A DNA stretch of 52,557 bases from a virus (lineage: Duplodnaviria > Caudoviricetes): positions 1 through 52,557 of IMG/VR virus record IMGVR_UViG_3300037511_000266, one strand, 5' to 3'. Of this stretch, positions 8,034-17,922 are shown piece after piece. The notes beneath the pieces were generated by a model, which ran no database searches, was not told the DNA's origin, and saw only the letters and a list, made by a program, of their open reading frames with translations. A program made the translations under genes and the position numbers. Within the stretch, counting starts at the first letter, position 1; each line of letters opens with the position of its first letter.

Positions 8034-9673
8034 TGAGCGAAATCGTTCACATTGAACGGTTCGCGTCTCTCTTTGCCGGTCTTACACGAGCGAAGGGTCG
8101 GTATGTCTCTACGACCGACCCTTCGAAACTCGTGGTCGGAGATAAGGCCAAAGGTAAAGCGACGACGATCACTGAGCAAGTGACGTTCGAAGACTATCGC
8201 CGGCATGTGCTAGGTGAAATTAGTCTTGGCGTCGTGCCGGTGCGCGACGACGGCACCTGCGTCTTTGGCGCAATTGACGTTGACCAATATACCGGTCTTG
8301 ACCATGCGGCGATCGTCCGCAGGTTGGCTGAGCTAAATATCAACGCCTACGTGTGCCGCAGCAAGAGCGGTGGGGCGCATATTTATACCTTTGTGCATGA
8401 GCCTGGATGCGCGGCTCAAGCCATGATTGCCTACCTTAAAAAGCTGCGCACTGATTTAGGAATTGATTACCGCAAAGCTCGAGAAATTTTTCCGAAACAG
8501 GTGAAGCAGTCCGGTGGGATCGGCAACTGGATTAACCTTCCTTACTTTGGAGATACACCCAGACGTGCCGTCAAGATCGACGGTACTGATTACACTTTCC
8601 AAGAATTTGTCGAAAGTGCTGTCCGTCTGGATGCCGCGAAGATCTCGCAGGCCCCTACGTCCGATGAAAACTTGGTGGTGACAGAACTCCCACCCTGCCT
8701 TGAGAGGCTGATTCAGGACGGTATTCCTGCGGGACAGCGGAACGAAGCTCTCTTCAACTTTACCGTGTTCGCTGCCAAGAAACATCAGCTTGATCGTCCG
8801 AAAACAATCAAGATGTTGGACGTCATCAACATGCGCGTCTGTCAGCCACCCGTCCCAAGCCAGGAGTTGAAGACGACGCTCAATAGCGTACTGCAACATG
8901 AATATAACTATCGCTGCCAGCAATCGCCGCTTGTTGACTGCTGTGATAAAGCCGTCTGCGCCACCAGACCCTACGGTCCAAGTGCTTCGATGCGCCCGGG
9001 CAATATTCCTGAGATCGAACGCATTGAGATTCGCGGTGACTCGGAAGAGGAGACACGCTATCACGTCAAGCTTGCGAACGTTCCGACCACGGTCACCTGC
9101 GACTCCTCGTCTCTGTTGGACTATACGGTTTTTCGTAAGCGTGTCATGGATAAGGCACATACGCTCTTATCGGGTGACGTTAAGAAGAAAGACTGGGATG
9201 CGTACATTACCGCTCGATTCGCCGCTCTTGCGGAGACTGTGCGGGTGGCCCCTGAAGGCTCCAAGCTAGGCATGTTGCAAACAATTCTCGATGATTGGAT
9301 CCAGACATATTTTACGACCGATCCTGAACAATTCCGTCTAGGTCGTCCGTATGTCGAGAATGGTGCTGTGTTCGTCAAGCTCGGAGACGTTGGCCCTCGG
9401 CTCAAGAAATCAGACAACAAGCTAGGGCTTCAACAAATCGTCGTGTTTTTGGAGAATAGCGGCTGGGAAAAAGTGACGAAGACCGTTGATGGTCGTGCCT
9501 ACGACAACGTATGGACGAAGACCTCCCCGGGCACCGATCTTGCGAACGAGCAGAAAGTCGTGGTCATTGAATCAACATCTGGCGAGGTCGTTCTCGAAAC
9601 ACCGAAGGATGTGCCGGCCAGCACTTTTGAGGAGTACGACAGTTGGGATCGTTTCAAGTCAGACGCAGACTAA
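8033..9673 (+). CDS. archaeo-eukaryotic primase with PriCT-like domain
   Basis: GAIDVD (motif I), SKSGGAHIY (motif II), EIFPKQ, GNWINLPY, LPPCL...GQRNEALF. Confidence 0.85.
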   Translation: MSEIVHIERFASLFAGLTRAKGRYVSTTDPSKLVVGDKAKGKATTITEQVTFEDYRRHVLGEISLGVVPVRDDGTCVFGAIDVDQYTGLDHAAIVRRLAELNINAYVCRSKSGGAHIYTFVHEPGCAAQAMIAYLKKLRTDLGIDYRKAREIFPKQVKQSGGIGNWINLPYFGDTPRRAVKIDGTDYTFQEFVESAVRLDAAKISQAPTSDENLVVTELPPCLERLIQDGIPAGQRNEALFNFTVFAAKKHQLDRPKTIKMLDVINMRVCQPPVPSQELKTTLNSVLQHEYNYRCQQSPLVDCCDKAVCATRPYGPSASMRPGNIPEIERIEIRGDSEEETRYHVKLANVPTTVTCDSSSLLDYTVFRKRVMDKAHTLLSGDVKKKDWDAYITARFAALAETVRVAPEGSKLGMLQTILDDWIQTYFTTDPEQFRLGRPYVENGAVFVKLGDVGPRLKKSDNKLGLQQIVVFLENSGWEKVTKTVDGRAYDNVWTKTSPGTDLANEQKVVVIESTSGEVVLETPKDVPASTFEEYDSWDRFKSDAD

Positions 9674-10110
9674 GATGGCCATATTGGTTGGAGTATCACC
9701 ATTGGCGCTATCTCATCCGGTTCTGTTTTATCGGAATGTTTCAGCGTGCATGGCGCGGCTGGGCTGACAAAGATACGTGGAGTTTTGATCACTACCTGGC
9801 GCGTGTGACCGCACAAGGCCTGCGGCGGATGGCCGAGAACGCTCATGGTGTACCGTGGTTTATTTTTGAGGATAACCCACATCTCGACGAGAAAGACCAC
9901 CACAATCTGGCGCTGCTGCTTTGGAAGAAATGGCTCACAGATAAAGCAGAATGGTTTGAATGGTACGACGCGGAAGACATCGGGCTGCATCCCAGCATGA
10001 CCGATCTCGAGAAAAAGCAGGCGCTCGATTTCTGGGACAAACGCGAGAAACACTTTAACGAGGTCGTGCTTCCCGATTTTTACAAACGCTGGGGCAATCT
10101 CTGGGACTGA
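9643..10110 (+). CDS. Trp-rich hypothetical phage protein
   Basis: GAGGAG RBS before TTG; QRAWRGWADKDTWSFDHYL; TGATG coupling downstream. Confidence 0.65.
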   Translation: MGSFQVRRRLRWPYWLEYHHWRYLIRFCFIGMFQRAWRGWADKDTWSFDHYLARVTAQGLRRMAENAHGVPWFIFEDNPHLDEKDHHNLALLLWKKWLTDKAEWFEWYDAEDIGLHPSMTDLEKKQALDFWDKREKHFNEVVLPDFYKRWGNLWD

Positions 10111-11621
10111 TGCAACACCGAATTAAAATATTTGGCCCTCCCGGCACAGGCAAGACGAAGTACTGTCTCGACCTGTTATGTGAACACTTGGAAGCCGGCG
10201 ATCGTGTCCTGTTCTGTGCCTTTACAAAGGCTGCGCAGATTGAGGCCCAGGAGCGCCTGATCAAGATGTTTGGTGAAGTGCCTGAACATGCCAAGGTTTC
10301 TACACTTCATGCGCTCTGTTTTCACGCGCTCAATATGAGCCGTGACTTAATGGCTGACACCATGGGCGTTCGCCGGAAATTTTTTGAGTCGATTGGCGTC
10401 CGAGGCACGCGAGGAGAGATCCGCGAGCAAGCTGAGAAGGCGCTTGAACTCTATTCCCGTAACCGTAACGTTGAAAGCGAGGAGTATTTTGATGCGAGCG
10501 ACGAGCCTTTCTCGGATCCGCAAAGGACGATCATTATCGCCAACGCATACCAACGTTGGAAAAAAGACCAAGGTTACGTGGATTTCACCGATCTCATCAC
10601 CAGAGTCGCCAACGGTGAAGGGACCTTCCCCACCTGGGACGTCGTTATCATCGACGAAGCGCAAGACTTAACTCCTCTTCAATGGCGGCTAGCTGAGAGG
10701 CTCTATGAACAGGCGAGCACCGTCTATGTGGTGGGTGACGACGATCAAACGATTTACGGGTTTCTTGGCGCTAATGTGCGTAATTTTCTTTCTTGGCCTT
10801 GTGATGCCCAGCGTGTGCTGGATTACACGCATCGGCTCCCGAAAAACATCCTCGATTACTCGCTATTCCTGGCCAAGCGAATTCAATGCCGTCAACCCAA
10901 AACAGTCAAAGGGGATCCTAGAGTCGGCATGATTTGGGACGAGATCGATGTGCTAGAGAATTTGTACTACGGCACGACATCGTCTGAACTCTATCTCGTT
11001 CGTAACGAGTATATGAAGCGGCGTATTCAAAAGCTATTGATTGAACGAGCCATACCTTTTAGTGGGAAGTTTTCTCCGTTCACCGATACCACATGCTATG
11101 GAGGCCGCGCTTTCAATGCCGTCAGACTCCTCACGCAATGGCGCGAGTCGAGGCTCCAATTCCGTGACTGGAGAACAATTAAGTCGTTATTGTCACCAAG
11201 CTTGGTCGAATATATCGAGGGGAAATTTGTTGCAGCTAAAGAATTCCACCCTGACGGCATACCCACACTAACCTCGATCTTTAAGGAGCCGTTAAATAAG
11301 CGAGGGTTTTGGGAAGAGTTTCTACCCTCTCTCGACTCAAAACTCGCAGCTTGCTTCAAGGTGGCGATCGAACAGTTTGGGATGGACCGTTGTCTGAATC
11401 CTACACTGGAACTTTGCACGATCCATAAAGCAAAAGGCAAAGAAGCTAACCGCGTCTTTGTCTGCAGCGCCGTGACCGACAAGATCTACCGAAAGATCCT
11501 CGACTTCGATGACAGCGAACATCGCGTCTTTTATGTCGCTATTACCCGAGCCAAAGAAGAACTCTATCTCATCAACGATGAGGAAGCCGGCTTGGACGCT
11601 TATCCGTTTCCTAAACCTTAA
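10110..11621 (+). CDS. UvrD/Rep-like SF1 helicase
   Basis: GPPGTGKT, DEAQD, VGDDDQTIY, TIHKAKGKEA, YVAITRAK. Confidence 0.93.
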   Translation: MQHRIKIFGPPGTGKTKYCLDLLCEHLEAGDRVLFCAFTKAAQIEAQERLIKMFGEVPEHAKVSTLHALCFHALNMSRDLMADTMGVRRKFFESIGVRGTRGEIREQAEKALELYSRNRNVESEEYFDASDEPFSDPQRTIIIANAYQRWKKDQGYVDFTDLITRVANGEGTFPTWDVVIIDEAQDLTPLQWRLAERLYEQASTVYVVGDDDQTIYGFLGANVRNFLSWPCDAQRVLDYTHRLPKNILDYSLFLAKRIQCRQPKTVKGDPRVGMIWDEIDVLENLYYGTTSSELYLVRNEYMKRRIQKLLIERAIPFSGKFSPFTDTTCYGGRAFNAVRLLTQWRESRLQFRDWRTIKSLLSPSLVEYIEGKFVAAKEFHPDGIPTLTSIFKEPLNKRGFWEEFLPSLDSKLAACFKVAIEQFGMDRCLNPTLELCTIHKAKGKEANRVFVCSAVTDKIYRKILDFDDSEHRVFYVAITRAKEELYLINDEEAGLDAYPFPKP

Positions 11622-11632
11622 AGGAGTGTGAC

Positions 11633-12370
11633 ATGTTTCCGAGAATCTATTTATCGCCAACGACCCTGAACATGGTGAAAGACTGTCACCGCTGCATGTG
11701 GGACCACATCCTGTGGAAACAGAAACGTCCGCAAGGACCGTTTCCGACGTTGCCCCGAGCGGTCGATGATGTGATGAAAAGCTATTGCGATCGGTTCCGT
11801 GGTGGCCTCAACCCCTCACTCAAGCGCCTGGCGCAGATTCACCCTGAGTTGGGTGAGTATGTGCTTCACCAGGATCAACGCTGGATGAACATCCTGCGGG
11901 ACTGGAAAGGCGGCATCACGAAAGACATTACACTCGACATCCCTGGTGGCGGCAAGCAGCAATACCGAATCAGCGGAAGCCTGGACGACGTGCTCGTGCG
12001 TGAGAGCGACGGAGCACTAGCCACGATCGACGGGAAGAGCAAGGCCAAGAAACCGGAGGACGGGGAAGGCGAGAAGTACTACGGCTCGCAGATGGACACG
12101 TACGAGTGGCTCTTCAAGTCAGCCGGCTTTCCGACATCGGAACGGGCGTTCTTGTGGTACGTGATTCCTGTCTCGTTGGAAGACCGGGATCCAGAGTTGC
12201 CAACGTTTCAGATCATCTTCGATCAGTACATTCAGATCATGAAGACCGATGCCAAGCGGTGTGAGGTTCAGATCGAGGAAGTTCACAAGATGATTTGCGA
12301 GCATCCTGATCGGACGAAGCCGCCGACGTCTTCTCCGTCCTGTGAGTATTGCAACTGGGCGGGGAGGTAA
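11633..12370 (+). CDS. PD-(D/E)xK exonuclease (Cas4/AddB-like, Cys-clustered)
   Basis: LSPT..CHRC, GSLDD..IDGKS, QMDTY, CEYC. Confidence 0.85.
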   Translation: MFPRIYLSPTTLNMVKDCHRCMWDHILWKQKRPQGPFPTLPRAVDDVMKSYCDRFRGGLNPSLKRLAQIHPELGEYVLHQDQRWMNILRDWKGGITKDITLDIPGGGKQQYRISGSLDDVLVRESDGALATIDGKSKAKKPEDGEGEKYYGSQMDTYEWLFKSAGFPTSERAFLWYVIPVSLEDRDPELPTFQIIFDQYIQIMKTDAKRCEVQIEEVHKMICEHPDRTKPPTSSPSCEYCNWAGR

Positions 12371-12372
12371 TT

Positions 12373-12519
12373 ATGCGAGGGCTCGCCTGTTTTGGTTGGT
12401 TCATCGCGTCAATCGCGCTCGGTGTGTATAGCTCTTCGACATCACTGGCCGTCTTTTGCTGGTGGGCCGGCTATTCCTATGGCATGTATTGGTACGACCA
12501 GTCAGGACCAAAACGATGA
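12373..12519 (+). CDS. 48-aa membrane peptide (not in ORF track)
   Basis: GGAGGT RBS; MRGLACFGWFIASIALGVY...; ATGA coupling. Confidence 0.55.
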   Translation: MRGLACFGWFIASIALGVYSSSTSLAVFCWWAGYSYGMYWYDQSGPKR

Positions 12520-12827
12520 ACACCATTGTCTTAGCCAACGAAAGCGAAACCATGAGAGTCATTGTCTTAGCCGGCGACTACAAACAGTTTAGACGTTGGT
12601 GTGAAGATACCGGGTTCCCTCCATATCCGTTTAAGTACGAGGACACGACAGGTCGACGTTGGCAGGCCGTCTACTGTGACCCGCAAGGCTACAACCTGAA
12701 GGGAGTCAAGTACGACGCCTATATTAAAACCGGTAGGTGGTACGAGAACACGACCGAACTCATTCAGATCTTCCATATTGAAAAGTGCTTGCGACAGAAA
12801 AGGGCTAATGGACTATCAGCTTCCTAA
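12516..12827 (+). CDS. hypothetical protein
   Basis: ATGA overlap; VIVLAGDYKQFRRW. Confidence 0.6.
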   Translation: MNTIVLANESETMRVIVLAGDYKQFRRWCEDTGFPPYPFKYEDTTGRRWQAVYCDPQGYNLKGVKYDAYIKTGRWYENTTELIQIFHIEKCLRQKRANGLSAS

Positions 12828-14661
12828 ACCGTTTCCGCTGGAACGGTACAAGAAAGTCTATCTCGACATCGAGACGACGGGCTTCGAAATGTACCACGGG
12901 GATACCGTCATTGGTGTCTCCCTGGGAGTGGAGATCGACGAGCGGAACTGCCGCATGGCCTACTTCCCGCTCGCCCACCGCGACGGACCCAACCTTGAGA
13001 AAGCCCTCTTTTATCGCTGGCTGAATCAAGAGCTACGCGGCAAGGAGATTGTTGGCCACAACATCGGCGGCTTCGACTTGCCCTTCCTGCGGCGTGAAGG
13101 CTGCAACCTGATTGAGCACAACAGTTTCCGCGACACGATGCACGCAGCCATCCTCGATGATCCTGCGGCAATTGGCGGCTATTCGCTCGATGCCGTGGCC
13201 AAACGCTATCTCGGTGATCAGCAGAAGATTAAAGGTCTGGATAAGGAAAATCTTGCAGCCATTCATCCTGCGATCGTGGGGAAATATGCGGAGCAAGATA
13301 CACGCCTATGCTGGATGCTTGAGCCCGTTCTCTACGGCTTTTTGAAAAGAAAAGAACTTCTAAACATATTTGACATCGAGAGCCGCACGATTCGTCCCGT
13401 CGTGGAGATGATGGCGAACGGTCTTCTGTTTGACTGGGAGAAAGCAAGGAAGTGGATTGATCTCGCACGTAAAGACCTCCAACAGGTTGAGAGTGAATTG
13501 GCCGGCGTGAATTATAACTCCGGTCAGCAACTTCAAAAGAAGTGCGACGAGCTAGGTGTCTCGTATCCGTGGAACTGGAAGTGTCCCAGCGTGACGTGCG
13601 AAGAAAGCTTCCCGAGCTACCAGCAAGAAGGTCAGGTCTTTATGTGCTGGAAGTGTAAGGTTGAAATGGTGAAAGCCTCGCCGCACTTCGGTAAGAAGTT
13701 TATGAAGGTTATGAGTCACCCGTTCGTGAAACAGGTGATGAAGGCGCGACAGCTTCACAAGCTCCTCAACACCTTCCTTATTCCATGGGTAGAACACATC
13801 AACCCGCAAGACCCGATCCTTCGATACACGCTTAACCAGTTGCGTGACCGAGACGAAAACGGCGGTACGAAGGGTGCTGTATCGGGCCGCTTCTCGTGCG
13901 CTGGGTTGGGGGCGGGGGCTCAGCCGCAGCAAATCTGGAGTGTTGAGAATCAAGCCGCTGAGATCGGTGAAGATTACCTGCTCCGCTCCCTGATAATCCC
14001 CGCTAGCGGAAAACAGTTCGCATCGCTCGATGCGTCCCAAATTGAGTTTCGGTTGTTCGCTCATTATTCAGACAATGCGGATTTGATTCGTGAGTACAAC
14101 GAGAATCCCAAGGTGGACTTCCATGCGCTCGTTGCCGAAAAAGTCTTGAAGGGACTGCTGCCGAGAAAGAAAGCCAAGAACGTCAACTTCGGCACCCTGT
14201 ACAACATGGGCGTTCCGAAATTCGCCCGGGAGCTTAACATCTCCCTCAAGGAAGCGCAAGAGATGTTTGATACGTACAATCAATACTTTCCAGCCGCCAA
14301 AGAGTTACGCGACAAGGAAAAACGTAAAGCCGCCTGCGGGTTACCCACCATTACGTTGAAGGGCCGGCGCTTTGATTGGACCGACCCCGAAATGAAAAAG
14401 AAATGCTACGTCGCCTTGAATCGCCTGATCCAAGGCTCGGCAGCGGACATTATGAAGTTGGCGCTCGTGAAGGCTTATGACGGTGGTTACTTCGATACGA
14501 TGCGCCTGACCGTTCACGACGAAGTTGATGGAGACATTACCACTGTCGAGCAGATTAACGATTTGAAGACTGACCTAGAAAAACCGGAGTTCCTCGACAA
14601 CGCGCTCAAGGTGCCGTTGGTCTGGGAGCCGACCGTGGGTCCGTCATGGAGTGGGAAATGA
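12808..14661 (+). CDS. polA: family A DNA polymerase with 3'-5' exonuclease domain
   Basis: ExoI DIETTG, ExoII GHNIGGFD, ExoIII YAEQD; motif A DASQIEFR, motif B RKKAKNVNFGTLY, motif C VHDE. Confidence 0.95.
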   Translation: MDYQLPKPFPLERYKKVYLDIETTGFEMYHGDTVIGVSLGVEIDERNCRMAYFPLAHRDGPNLEKALFYRWLNQELRGKEIVGHNIGGFDLPFLRREGCNLIEHNSFRDTMHAAILDDPAAIGGYSLDAVAKRYLGDQQKIKGLDKENLAAIHPAIVGKYAEQDTRLCWMLEPVLYGFLKRKELLNIFDIESRTIRPVVEMMANGLLFDWEKARKWIDLARKDLQQVESELAGVNYNSGQQLQKKCDELGVSYPWNWKCPSVTCEESFPSYQQEGQVFMCWKCKVEMVKASPHFGKKFMKVMSHPFVKQVMKARQLHKLLNTFLIPWVEHINPQDPILRYTLNQLRDRDENGGTKGAVSGRFSCAGLGAGAQPQQIWSVENQAAEIGEDYLLRSLIIPASGKQFASLDASQIEFRLFAHYSDNADLIREYNENPKVDFHALVAEKVLKGLLPRKKAKNVNFGTLYNMGVPKFARELNISLKEAQEMFDTYNQYFPAAKELRDKEKRKAACGLPTITLKGRRFDWTDPEMKKKCYVALNRLIQGSAADIMKLALVKAYDGGYFDTMRLTVHDEVDGDITTVEQINDLKTDLEKPEFLDNALKVPLVWEPTVGPSWSGK

Positions 14662-14933
14662 CATTGACGTTTTGGCTGGTTGAGTTAAGGCCGGCATTCG
14701 AGGGACATCCGCCGTTTCCGCCGACATATTACGCCGGCTATCGAGACGGCATCCACGAAGTGATGACGACCGATCCGAACCGCGCAGCACGTTTCATGTA
14801 CCGCTATGACGCGCATGTCGTGGCGCAGAAACTTCTGCCGACCAAAAGCTGCATCTGGATGGCCACGGAGCACATCTTTCTGGATGAAGACACCTTCACT
14901 TACTCCAGTCCTGAAGATATGCCCCAGGCCTAG
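14658..14933 (+). CDS. hypothetical protein
   Basis: ATGA overlap with polA stop. Confidence 0.6.
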   Translation: MTLTFWLVELRPAFEGHPPFPPTYYAGYRDGIHEVMTTDPNRAARFMYRYDAHVVAQKLLPTKSCIWMATEHIFLDEDTFTYSSPEDMPQA

Positions 14934-14949
14934 GGCACCGATATTGCTA
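14933..14949 (+). promoter_or_regulatory. sigma54-type promoter upstream of DUF550/nrdJ
   Basis: GGGCACCGATATTGCTA: GG(14934-5)-N10-GC(14946-7), immediately after stop 14933. Confidence 0.6.
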
Positions 14950-15017
14950 TGAAGACGGTACGAATTAAGACGATTGCCGGTCCTATGGACTGCATCATAA
15001 CCGGGAGCAAAGAACCA

Positions 15018-15431
15018 ATGCATGAGACACAAGAGACGATAGGGAAGTGGGCCATTGAGAAATTCGGACGACCCAGGCCGTTGGCCGTGTTACGTCGCTC
15101 CGTGGACGAGCTACTCGAAGCGATCGAGTTGACCGTCGTCGAGAATGAAGCCACGCGCACGATGTTCAAAGCGATGCGCCTGGGCTTGAAGCATCTGGAC
15201 AATTATGAGTTGGGACCAGACGTCGTACATCGACTGACCCCTGAAATTATGATGGAACTCGCTGACTCGGAGATCGTGAACAAGCACGCCGCAGAAAGCA
15301 TGCATTGTGATCTCCAGAGTTTCATCGATAAGAAGATGGAGATCAATCGAGCGCGGCTATGGAAAATGAACGGCGACGGAACAGGCCAGCACACCGAAGA
15401 GAAACACGACGAGCGGGAGACGAATCCATAA
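15018..15431 (+). CDS. DUF550 / MazG-like dNTP pyrophosphohydrolase
   Basis: WAIEKFG, E..E, ELADSEI, KMEINRARLW..NGDG..QH; start 15018 favoured (GGGAG upstream) over 14949. Confidence 0.7.
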   Translation: MHETQETIGKWAIEKFGRPRPLAVLRRSVDELLEAIELTVVENEATRTMFKAMRLGLKHLDNYELGPDVVHRLTPEIMMELADSEIVNKHAAESMHCDLQSFIDKKMEINRARLWKMNGDGTGQHTEEKHDERETNP

Positions 15432-17401
15432 TGAAAGAAGTCATCGGTAAGCATCAGTCAGAGAACTTCGTAATTGCCAACCCACACCCCATGACCATGC
15501 TGGGGGAAGTGACGTACTGGCGCACGTACTCGAGAAACTTGTGGGATGAGAATCGGAAGGAACGCTGGCATGAAACCGTCCGCAGGGTCGTCAACGGATG
15601 TTTCCATACACTTCGGCTTCACTGTGCGATTTCCAATCGCCCCTGGTCAGAGGAGCGTGCTCAACGGACAGCCGTGGAGATGTTTGATCGAATCTATAAC
15701 TTCAAGTTCACCCCACCTGGACGTGGGCTCTACGCTATGGGCACCGAAGCTGTTCCTGCTCATGGCGGGGCAGTTCTTAACAATTGCGCGTTCCTATCGA
15801 CGCGCAACCCGACTCCTGAAGTCTTTGCCTACCTCATGAACCTCACGATGCTGGGCGTGGGTGTGGGCTATGACACCCTGGGTGCCGGCAAAGTTCGTAT
15901 CAACCGACCGACTCTGGTCGAATATAACAAGACGATCGACGACACCCGCGAGGGTTGGATCGATAGCGTGGCCATGCTGCTGTCCACCTACTTCGGATCC
16001 AACAGTCCGACCGTCGTGTTCAACTACGACCAGATTCGCAAAGCCGGGACTCCTATTAAACGTTTCGGGGGAGTAAGCAGTGGACCTGAACCGTTGAAGC
16101 GTCTACATGATTCGCTGCGCTGGCTTTGCGATCAATACGCGGGAAAGTATATCGACAGTGCCTTCATTGTCGATTGCTGCAATATGATTGGCCGCTGTGT
16201 TGTTGCTGGCAACGTGCGCCGGTCAGCACAGATTGCCGTGGGAGAGCCCGATGATTCTGAGTTCCTCTATCTCAAGACCGACATGGGAAAGGTGGCCGAT
16301 TATCGGGCCTTCTCAAACAACTCCATACGAGCCCATGTGGGTATGGACTACACAGAGTCCGCACAGCTTACAGCGAAGTACGGTGAACCCGGCTACCTGT
16401 GGCTGGATAACTGTCGAATGTATGGACGTATGAATGGGATGCTCCCAGAGCGCACGGACTTTCTGGCGATGGGAACGAACCCTTGCAGTGAACAGACCTT
16501 AGAGGATGGAGAGCTATGTTGCTTGGTGGAGACCTATCCCAGTCATCACGAGACGTTAGACGACTACTTGAAGACGCTGAAATTAGCGTACCTCTACGCG
16601 AAGAGCGTAACGCTCGTCCCTACCGGCTTTCAGCAGACCGACGAGATCATCGCACGGAACCGCCGCATTGGCTGCTCGATGAGCGGGGTGACTCAAGCCA
16701 TTCAAAAGTTTGGTGGCAGTGAATTCATCCGCTGGTGCAACCGGGGCTACGACTTCTTGACAGGGTTGGACGCCTCTTACTCAGACTGGTTGGCCGTGCC
16801 CGAGTCGATCAAGAGGACGTCTGTCAAGCCTTCAGGGACCGTCTCAATTCTCGCAAACGTGGCTCCGGGTATCCACCATCCACACAGCGAGTTCTACATT
16901 CGCCGTGTAAGGTTCACGGCGAATAGTCCGATCCTGACGGTACTGGACAAGGCTGGCTATAACGTCGTGCCCGATGTCTATGGCCAAGAAGCCGGCAAGC
17001 CGGCGAACACGATGGTTGTCGAGTTTCCGGTGCATGAGCCCTACTTCACAAAAGGCAAAGCACAAGTAGGAATGTGGCAGCAGCTTGAACTAGCGGCTCT
17101 GATGCAGAAGTACTGGGCCGATAATCAAGTGAGCATTACGGTTCACTTCACTGAAGCAGAAGCCAAAGAGATCCCACTGGCGCTTGAGATCTATCAGCAT
17201 AAGCTGAAGAGCGTTAGCTTCTTGCCGTACAACCCGCACGAGATCTACAAGCTGGCTCCCTACGAGGAGATCAGCCAAGAGGTCTATGCGAAGAAGGTCA
17301 GGCACCTTTCTCGCATATCGCTGCCGTACGAGATCGTCGATGTGAACCAGGAAACAGTCAAAGGGTGTGACGCGGATTCATGCGAGTTACCGAAGAAATA
17401 A
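15431..17401 (+). CDS. nrdJ: class II (B12-dependent, monomeric RTPR-type) ribonucleotide reductase
   Basis: PPGRGL, LNNCAF, AGNVRRSA, TNPCSE, VKPSGTVS, C-terminal CDADSC; no beta subunit gene. Confidence 0.93.
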   Translation: MKEVIGKHQSENFVIANPHPMTMLGEVTYWRTYSRNLWDENRKERWHETVRRVVNGCFHTLRLHCAISNRPWSEERAQRTAVEMFDRIYNFKFTPPGRGLYAMGTEAVPAHGGAVLNNCAFLSTRNPTPEVFAYLMNLTMLGVGVGYDTLGAGKVRINRPTLVEYNKTIDDTREGWIDSVAMLLSTYFGSNSPTVVFNYDQIRKAGTPIKRFGGVSSGPEPLKRLHDSLRWLCDQYAGKYIDSAFIVDCCNMIGRCVVAGNVRRSAQIAVGEPDDSEFLYLKTDMGKVADYRAFSNNSIRAHVGMDYTESAQLTAKYGEPGYLWLDNCRMYGRMNGMLPERTDFLAMGTNPCSEQTLEDGELCCLVETYPSHHETLDDYLKTLKLAYLYAKSVTLVPTGFQQTDEIIARNRRIGCSMSGVTQAIQKFGGSEFIRWCNRGYDFLTGLDASYSDWLAVPESIKRTSVKPSGTVSILANVAPGIHHPHSEFYIRRVRFTANSPILTVLDKAGYNVVPDVYGQEAGKPANTMVVEFPVHEPYFTKGKAQVGMWQQLELAALMQKYWADNQVSITVHFTEAEAKEIPLALEIYQHKLKSVSFLPYNPHEIYKLAPYEEISQEVYAKKVRHLSRISLPYEIVDVNQETVKGCDADSCELPKK

Positions 17402-17441
17402 CGAGCGGATACTTAGTTCCGCCCGAAGCAGCGGAGGGGTT

Positions 17442-17690
17442 ATGGCGGTTTCTAAATCGAAACAACAAGCAGCGACGATTACACAAGACCCTGAAGAGAT
17501 TGTACCGAGGGCCGTTCTTGCACAGAGTATCAAAAGCATCTCTGCGTCGATGGAGAAATTACTCTCGGGGGGTCTCAATGAGCGGGCCATCACATGTCTT
17601 GTCCATGAGTTGTCTGGTGTCGGAAAACCGGATATTAGAAGCGTCCTTGCTTCCCTTCGGACCTTAGAGAAGGAGTATTGCCGTGGGTGA
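17442..17690 (+). CDS. hypothetical protein
   Basis: GGAGGGG RBS before ATG 17442. Confidence 0.65.
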   Translation: MAVSKSKQQAATITQDPEEIVPRAVLAQSIKSISASMEKLLSGGLNERAITCLVHELSGVGKPDIRSVLASLRTLEKEYCRG

Positions 17691-17922
17691 ATCTACCTTC
17701 AGCTTCGAAACACGTAACTCGATTTACAACGTAATCGTTCGCCCCAACGGCGATGTTGAAGTGACGAAGACCGCTGAGATCAACCCCAAGAGCCAGTTCA
17801 ATGCGCTCGGGCAGACGCGAGTCGCTACCGGCTTTGCGTTCCACGGTCACACGAAGCGGATGGTCTTCTACGGGGCCGATGGACAGACTTGGCAGACGTC
17901 CGAAGTGACGAGGTTCTTATGA
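17683..17922 (+). CDS. hypothetical protein
   Basis: AAGGAG RBS; FETRNSIY...TSEVT. Confidence 0.65.
   Translation: MGESTFSFETRNSIYNVIVRPNGDVEVTKTAEINPKSQFNALGQTRVATGFAFHGHTKRMVFYGADGQTWQTSEVTRFL

Noticed and set aside
14949-17401. 2-aminoadenine (Z) or 7-deazaguanine genome
   Set aside because: Only the DUF550-like gene is present; no PurZ, DatZ, DpdA, FolE or QueC/D/E recognisable
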